A DNA stretch of 36,432 nt from an uncultured bacterium (GTDB lineage: Bacteria; Hydrothermota; Hydrothermia; Hydrothermales; Hydrothermaceae). Below are positions 30,522-36,432 of this stretch, one piece after another. How positions within the stretch are numbered: position 1 is the stretch's first letter; every line of letters starts with the position of its first letter. The stretch is from the NCBI GenBank assembly GCA_964623395.1, contig CAZUSI010000004.1, positions 1 through 36,432 of the forward strand. Direction: 5' to 3'. The notes under the pieces were generated by a model. It did no database searches. It was given only the letters and a program-made list of their open reading frames with translations, and was not told where the DNA came from. Position numbers and translations under genes: made by a program.

Positions 30522-32864
30522 ATGAAAAGGATTAATTTAAGATTGCCAAAAGATTATATACCAGCTTTTAGAAGAGTTTTTAAAGAGTTAGAAGGAAATT
30601 CTTTAAATGTTATATATTTATATTCACCCCCTGGTTATGGAAAAACAACAACTCTTTTAAAATTTTTTGAGGAGAAAAAAATTAATCCTGTATGGATTCA
30701 ACTTGAAGAAAGCGATAAGCATATAGATGTTTTTGAAATAGGTATTTTAGAAATACTTTCAGATTTTTCATCTACTTTAAAAGAAGCAATTTCTTTGATA
30801 GAAAGAAAAAATATACCTGAACTATTTTGGAAAATTTTAAAAGAGGAAAGCAAAAATATTTTTTTACCCCCAAATACCTATTTTGTATTTCTTGATACAT
30901 ATCATTTAATGGAAAATTTTGGTAAAGTAATAAAAGATATAATTTTACCAATTTTTAAGATAATTCCTGCAAAATGTGTAATTGAGGCAAATTTGCCATA
31001 TGAATTTGAAGGAGATGTTAAAATAATTGATGAAAATTTCTTTAAATTGTCATCCGAAGAGATAATAAAAATTGGGGAAATTTTTGATGAAAAAATAAGT
31101 TATGAGGATGCTAAAATATTAAGAGAAAGAACAGATGGTTGGCTTTTACCTTGCATTTTATTTTTTAAAGATAAAAGGGATACAAAAGCAAAATTAGAGC
31201 GTCTTTTAGAATGGCCAGAACTTTTAGAGGGGCTTCTTGAAGAAAATTTTAAAAAATTAAATGAAGAGGATAAGATAAGTTTGCTTACACTTGGACAATT
31301 GAGAGAGTTTAGTTTAGGTGCAATAAAATGGATTTTAGGATATGAGAATCCTGAAAGGATAATAAATAAATTGAAGGAAAAGGGTTTTGTAATAATTGAA
31401 GAAATAAAAGAGGGGGTTTTAACTTATAAATTCCATCGCCTTTTAAAATCTTATCTTGAAAGAAGACTCAAAAAATTCCCCTTAGGATATGACTTATTTT
31501 TTAGAATACAAATATATGCTCTTGATTATTTTGAAAGCATAGGAGATTTTGAAAATGCCCTTTATCATGCTATTAAAATGAGGGACCCTGTAAAATGTGG
31601 AAAATATCTTAAGGTAATAGCTACAGAACTTTTTAATGAAGGTAAACTCTCCGTAGTAGAGGATTTTATAAGAGAAATAGAAAAGGAAGAAATAATAAAA
31701 ACTCCTGAACTTATGTTGTGTGAAGCAATTTATTTAAATCTTATTGAAAAATATAAGGATTCAGTAAAAATACTTGAAGAAATTATAAGGGATTTAAAAG
31801 ATGAGGATTATCTTGTAGGAAAATATTTTCTTATAATGGGAAAAGAATATTTAAATGAGAAGGAAGATGTTTTAATAGAAGAGGGAAATAAGTTATTGGA
31901 GGAAATAAAAAATTATGAAGAGAGATATAGATTTGAACCTGATTTTGAAAAGGACCCCTGGAGAATAGTTAGAAGAAAAGCATATAAAAGTTCTGATTAT
32001 TTTGCTTCATTAATGTATAGCAGAGTTTATAACTTTTTAGGTAATCTTTATTATTCAAAAAGGGAAATGGAAAAAGCAAGGGAATTTTATGAAAAAAGCA
32101 CAAATTTTTCAAAGAAAATAAAAGATGAGAAAAGAGCCTTAGTAAGTTTACATAATATAGGACTTACTTACCTTTTTTATGGTGATTTAAAGGGAGTTGA
32201 ATATTTAAAAGATATTGTAAATTTTCCTCTTTTAATTCCACTAAAAGCATTTTCTCTAAATACTCTTGGCACATATTATGAAATATTTGAGGGGGATCTT
32301 GAAAAGGCAGAAGAATGTTATAAAAAAGCACTTGAAATTAATGAGTTCTTTAATCAAAGAGAAAGAATTATATCAAATATTTCAAATTTAACATATCTTT
32401 ACTTAAAAAAAGGAGATGAGAAAAAGGTTTTTGAATATCTTGAAAAACATGAAAAATTTGTTTTTGAAACAGAAAATAAAAAATTAATAAATTCCTTTTA
32501 TATGAATAAGACAGAAATTCTTATACATCTTGACAAAATAGATGAGGCAAAAGAAGTATTTAAAAATATAAATGAAATTGAAGTTTTGAAGTTTGAAGAA
32601 GATAAATATTTTAAATTTTATGTTGAAGGTAAATTGAAGTATGTAATGGGTGAAATTGATAATGGAAAAGATTTGATAAATAAATTTCTTGAATGGTGTT
32701 TTAAGAATTATCCCTATTATAATAAACTTGATATTCTTTATTATTTATACATTCTTTATAAAAAATTTAATGACCCAGATTTATTAAAAATAAGAAAATT
32801 TGCGGAAGATTTAATAAGAGAAAAGGGATATTTGAAAAGATTAAGGGATTTTGATATAGAATAA
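30522..32864 (+). CDS. MalT-like STAND P-loop NTPase with TPR sensor region, no C-terminal LuxR HTH
   Basis: SPPGYGKTT (Walker A), VWIQLEESD, FVFLDTYH (Walker B-like), RTDGWL, YKFHRLL; TPR repeats such as VYNFLGNLYY and SLNTLGTYYE. Confidence 0.82.
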   Translation: MKRINLRLPKDYIPAFRRVFKELEGNSLNVIYLYSPPGYGKTTTLLKFFEEKKINPVWIQLEESDKHIDVFEIGILEILSDFSSTLKEAISLIERKNIPELFWKILKEESKNIFLPPNTYFVFLDTYHLMENFGKVIKDIILPIFKIIPAKCVIEANLPYEFEGDVKIIDENFFKLSSEEIIKIGEIFDEKISYEDAKILRERTDGWLLPCILFFKDKRDTKAKLERLLEWPELLEGLLEENFKKLNEEDKISLLTLGQLREFSLGAIKWILGYENPERIINKLKEKGFVIIEEIKEGVLTYKFHRLLKSYLERRLKKFPLGYDLFFRIQIYALDYFESIGDFENALYHAIKMRDPVKCGKYLKVIATELFNEGKLSVVEDFIREIEKEEIIKTPELMLCEAIYLNLIEKYKDSVKILEEIIRDLKDEDYLVGKYFLIMGKEYLNEKEDVLIEEGNKLLEEIKNYEERYRFEPDFEKDPWRIVRRKAYKSSDYFASLMYSRVYNFLGNLYYSKREMEKAREFYEKSTNFSKKIKDEKRALVSLHNIGLTYLFYGDLKGVEYLKDIVNFPLLIPLKAFSLNTLGTYYEIFEGDLEKAEECYKKALEINEFFNQRERIISNISNLTYLYLKKGDEKKVFEYLEKHEKFVFETENKKLINSFYMNKTEILIHLDKIDEAKEVFKNINEIEVLKFEEDKYFKFYVEGKLKYVMGEIDNGKDLINKFLEWCFKNYPYYNKLDILYYLYILYKKFNDPDLLKIRKFAEDLIREKGYLKRLRDFDIE

Positions 32865-32871
32865 AATTCTT

Positions 32872-33540
32872 ATGCTCTTTTTCTACTTTTTATTTTGTTT
32901 AAATTCGTTTATTGTATCAAGGGGAGAAATTTATGTTTTTAACTCTGAAAAAAATTTTTTAAAAAAGGGAAAAAACAAAATATATCTTGAAAAAAATTTT
33001 TACAATGCTTATGATGTAAAATACGATCCCCTTTGGATTTACATCCTTTTACAAGAGGGTTTATATGTGATAAATCCTTTAACAGGCAAAATATTATCTT
33101 TTTATAAATTTAAAAAAAATTATTTAAAATTTACAAAGGATGATGAAGGCAATTTCTATTTCCTTACTTCTTCTGGAAAAATTAAACTTATAAATTTTAC
33201 AAAAGGGGATTCCTTTTATCTTGATTTTTATCCTAAGAAAAATGTTTTAAAATTTGAATTTTTTGATAAAAAATTGTATTTTATTTATAAAGATGAAATA
33301 GTATTTTTTGATTTAGTTAAAAAAGAAATAAAAAAAGAAATTGAGGGAAAATGGGATGGTATTTTCAAATACCTTTCAAATACCATTTTTTGGAAAGAGA
33401 ATTGCATTAAAATTAAAAATGAAGAAGAAAAGGAGCTTTGTATAAATTTTAAAATAGATGATTTAATAGTATTTAAGGATACAATTTTTATAATTTCCTC
33501 TGATTCAATTATTAAATTGCCTTTTAAAGAAATTAAATGA
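32872..33540 (+). CDS. Hypothetical exported all-beta (beta-propeller-like) protein
   Basis: 222 aa; short hydrophobic N-terminus; repeated short strands (GLYVINPLTGKI, DDEGNFYFLTSSGKI). Confidence 0.65.
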   Translation: MLFFYFLFCLNSFIVSRGEIYVFNSEKNFLKKGKNKIYLEKNFYNAYDVKYDPLWIYILLQEGLYVINPLTGKILSFYKFKKNYLKFTKDDEGNFYFLTSSGKIKLINFTKGDSFYLDFYPKKNVLKFEFFDKKLYFIYKDEIVFFDLVKKEIKKEIEGKWDGIFKYLSNTIFWKENCIKIKNEEEKELCINFKIDDLIVFKDTIFIISSDSIIKLPFKEIK

Positions 33541-36432
33541 AGGTTATTTTACTCCTTTTTTTATCAAAGATAATAAAGGAAATTTTTTTACCAGGTAAAG
33601 AATTTTTAATATTAAAAAATCCAGTTATAAATACAATTAAAGTTTATTCAAAAAGAGAAATAAATTATAAAATAAATGGAGACACAATTTTTTTTGAAGG
33701 GATTCTTTTTGAAAATGATACAATATATTTGGAGTATGAAAGTATTGAAGTTGATTCAGTATATAAAAAGAATGAAATTAAATATAAGGAAAAAAAAGAA
33801 GCTTTAACAAAAGAAAAGGAAGAAAAAAAAGAAGGGGGAGAAATTTCTGTAAAAGGATTTAAGGAAGCAGGTTTTAAGATAGAAGAAGGAAATTTTATAG
33901 TTACACAGAGCACAAATATTAAAGTAAGTGGTAAAATAGGAAATGATTTTGAAGTTGAAGGTATTTTTCAGGATGAAAAAATTCCATCAAGTGAAACGGT
34001 TTCAATTTCAGAATTTGAGGAGGCCTATTTCAATATTAAATCTCCATATTTTAAGAGTAAAATAGGTGAATTTTCTTTAAAAGAAGAAGATATTGAAAGA
34101 AAAATATTGGGGATAGAAGGTGAAGGTAAAAACAAAAATTCATTTTTTAAAATAGGAACAGGTTATGGAAAAGGAATTTTTGAAAGTGTAAAAATAGATT
34201 TAATTCCTGGGAAAAATGGACCATATTTTTTAGGAATTAGAGAAGGAGAAAGGATTATTCCTGGTTCTGAAAAGGTTTTCCTTGACGGTAAAATTTTAAA
34301 GCCCGGAAAAGATGAAGATTATATAATGGATTATGAAAAAGGGATAATTAATTTTACTCCCCGTATAGATATTTCACCTTCTTCAAATTTAAGAATTGAT
34401 TTTGAAAAAATTGAGGGTGGTTTTGATAAATATTATTTTCTAACAGGGGCTTCCCAAAAAATAAATAATATAAATTTAAATTTATTATATTTTCTTGAGA
34501 AAGATTTGCAAAACAATCCATTTTTTTCTTTAAATGATAGTGACAGAGTTTTTTTAAAAGATTTAGGGGATAAAAATAGGATAATTTATAGAAAAGGTTA
34601 TGAATATGTAGGTAAAGGGAAAGGGGATTATATTAAAAAAGGTGACACTCTTATATATGTGGGAAAAAATAATGGGGATTATGTTGCAGAGTTTATGTAT
34701 GTGGGAATGAATAGGGGAAATTATATATTTAATGATTTAAAGGGATATTTTGAATATGTTGGTGAAGAAAAGGGTGATTATATTCCTCAAAAAATTATTT
34801 ATGTTCCTTTTAGAAAAAATTTTTTAAAAATTTCTTCAATTTTCAAAGAACAAAACTTTGAAATTTTTTCTTCAGAATTTGATAAAAATACCTATTCAAG
34901 AAAAATGGATGGAGATAATTTAGGTTTTGGTTTTAAATCAAAAAATAAATTTTATTATAAAAAAGAAAATTATGAAGGTGGAATAAATATTTTAAGTAAA
35001 TATTTTAATAAAAATTTATCTTTTCCTTTTAGAGAAAATGAAGCAAATTATGAATTTCTCTGGAAAATAAAAGGAGATGAAAGGGAAAGATTTTTAACTT
35101 CTCCCTATTTTATTTATAAAAATTTTTTAAGATTGCAAAATGAATTGGGATATTCAAAAACAGATTCAGGGATTTCTAAAAGGGAAAGTTATGGATTTGA
35201 AATTTTAAAAGGAATAGAATTTGGTGAAATTTATGAAGAAATAAAAGAAAGGAAAAAGTGCTTTAGAAACCAGATTTATCTTTCAAAAAAATTTAACAAT
35301 TATTTTTTTCATTTTAAAAATGTTTTTGAAAATTTTGAATCCATTTCAAATTCAAAGGAATTTTCCTTTGGCTCTTACAATTTATTTTTAAAAATTTCTG
35401 AAAATATTGTATTTAAAAAAATTTATACAATTTCTCCCTCCATAAATTACAATTTTAAATTTAAAAATTTATTTTCTTTAAATGGTGTTTTCAAATATTT
35501 AATAACTAAAAATTATATTAGGAAAATTAAAAAAAATTATTATTACACTTCCTTCTTTTCCTTTTCACCTTATGAATTTTTAAATTTTAATTTAAATTTT
35601 ATGAAAAATCCTGAATCTTCCTATGAAAAAAATTTTGAATATATATTTGTAGGTAAAGGTAAAGGAAATTTTTCTTATGATTCCCTTACAAATACCTTCT
35701 ATCCCGATGAAAATGGAAGTTATATAAGAAAAGAATTTTTTATTACAAAGGATGAAGGTGCTTTTAAAAGGGAAATAAATTCAAAATTTGAATTGTCAAA
35801 AGGGCTTCTCTTTTTATTTCTTACTTTAAACAAAGAAGATAAAAATTTCTATGAAAGAAATCTTTTTAAAAATGAAAATTATTCCTTAAACTTAAATTTA
35901 GAACTCCCCATAAATACAAATTTTTATACTAATTTTACAAAAATTGAAGATAAAGAATATTACATTAATCCCTTATTTACATATTCTTTTGAATCAAATA
36001 TTAATTTCAAGAAAGAAATAAATAGATTAACCCCTGAAATGGGTTTTTCTTATTATTATTCTTTGGAGAAAGAAAAAGAAAAAATGGAAAAAAGGGGAAA
36101 TAAGTTTTTGACAGGAATTAAAAGAGATTTTTATAAAGGCAGTTTAAAAATTAATTTAAATTATGGAATTGAAAAGAGATTATCTCCAATTTATTTTAAA
36201 AAGGTTATGCATAAAAACTCTTTTGAATTTATCCCTTCTTTAACTTTTTCTCTTTTTGATATAGATATAAAAAATGAAATATCCTTTATATTTCAAATTG
36301 TCAAAAATCCCTTTTCAAATATTTCTTTTTATGAAATAGAAAAATGGAGAATGGAGGAGAGAATTTCTTTATCAAAAAGGATTAAAGATAATTTTGAAAT
36401 AAGTTTAATAAATTTTTTAAAAATTGGACAAA
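33537..36432 (+). CDS. Partial (>965 aa) large outer-membrane beta-barrel-like protein with SprA/Sov-like motif
   Basis: Not in the ORF track. Hand translation from ATG 33537 (ATGA overlap, in-frame TAA immediately upstream) is open to the window end. Contains GKNGPYFL...IIPGSEKVFLDGKILKPGKDEDYIMDYEKGIINFT and aromatic alternating strands. Confidence 0.82.
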   Translation, partial: MKVILLLFLSKIIKEIFLPGKEFLILKNPVINTIKVYSKREINYKINGDTIFFEGILFENDTIYLEYESIEVDSVYKKNEIKYKEKKEALTKEKEEKKEGGEISVKGFKEAGFKIEEGNFIVTQSTNIKVSGKIGNDFEVEGIFQDEKIPSSETVSISEFEEAYFNIKSPYFKSKIGEFSLKEEDIERKILGIEGEGKNKNSFFKIGTGYGKGIFESVKIDLIPGKNGPYFLGIREGERIIPGSEKVFLDGKILKPGKDEDYIMDYEKGIINFTPRIDISPSSNLRIDFEKIEGGFDKYYFLTGASQKINNINLNLLYFLEKDLQNNPFFSLNDSDRVFLKDLGDKNRIIYRKGYEYVGKGKGDYIKKGDTLIYVGKNNGDYVAEFMYVGMNRGNYIFNDLKGYFEYVGEEKGDYIPQKIIYVPFRKNFLKISSIFKEQNFEIFSSEFDKNTYSRKMDGDNLGFGFKSKNKFYYKKENYEGGINILSKYFNKNLSFPFRENEANYEFLWKIKGDERERFLTSPYFIYKNFLRLQNELGYSKTDSGISKRESYGFEILKGIEFGEIYEEIKERKKCFRNQIYLSKKFNNYFFHFKNVFENFESISNSKEFSFGSYNLFLKISENIVFKKIYTISPSINYNFKFKNLFSLNGVFKYLITKNYIRKIKKNYYYTSFFSFSPYEFLNFNLNFMKNPESSYEKNFEYIFVGKGKGNFSYDSLTNTFYPDENGSYIRKEFFITKDEGAFKREINSKFELSKGLLFLFLTLNKEDKNFYERNLFKNENYSLNLNLELPINTNFYTNFTKIEDKEYYINPLFTYSFESNINFKKEINRLTPEMGFSYYYSLEKEKEKMEKRGNKFLTGIKRDFYKGSLKINLNYGIEKRLSPIYFKKVMHKNSFEFIPSLTFSLFDIDIKNEISFIFQIVKNPFSNISFYEIEKWRMEERISLSKRIKDNFEISLINFLKIGQ
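34605..34781 (+). repeat. Four intragenic YVGxxxG[DN]Y peptide repeats
   Basis: YVGKGKGDY, YVGKNNGDY, YVGMNRGNY, YVGEEKGDY; a fifth degenerate copy FVGKGKGNF at 35646-35672. Confidence 0.8.

Noticed and set aside
6701..33913. Numerous 60-144-aa minus-strand ORFs inside ppdK, aspS, sucD, fmt, the amidase and others
   Set aside because: Fully nested antisense to conserved genes, with no motifs or expression signals.
34605..34781. Spaced repeats as a possible CRISPR-like array
   Set aside because: Conserved only at the peptide level with synonymous variation, in frame within a long ORF, and no cas genes.

Overview
Very AT-rich, tightly packed chromosomal segment of a diderm bacterium. The K/E/I-rich proteins, AGA/AGG Arg codons and FCB-type envelope genes suggest a thermophilic FCB-related lineage such as WOR-3 (inference). 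Divergent promoters at ~5490-5540 separate two blocks. The minus-strand block is tRNA-Cys, mtaD, accD, lptD and a partial TIM-barrel/Amidase_2 fusion. The long plus-strand block holds housekeeping and envelope genes: REC-histidine-kinase-like, PGT, ppdK, DUF2723/TMEM260-like, two M42, two M23, an SBP-TonB fusion, ribD, aspS, pyrR, sucD, lolA, a peptidase/propeller/Omp85 protein, yajC, def, fmt, DUF2905, smpB, an amiC-like amidase, a MalT-like STAND-TPR protein and a >965-aa partial beta-barrel. The two partial genes at the window edges are missing from the ORF track. I saw no mobile element, CRISPR array or rRNA. Most notable: (1) eight exported proteins carry ultra-short (~10 aa) Phe/Ile/Leu N-termini instead of classical signal peptides; (2) a family-5 solute-binding protein is fused to a TonB C-terminal domain; (3) D-[ST]-hydrophobic sequons are enriched in exported proteins alongside a TMEM260-like glycosyltransferase; (4) a TIM-barrel/PGRP amidase fusion; (5) several apparent pseudo-enzymes (His-less kinase, ligand-less M42, HTH-less MalT-like NTPase). 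All family calls come from motif recognition by eye, not database searches.
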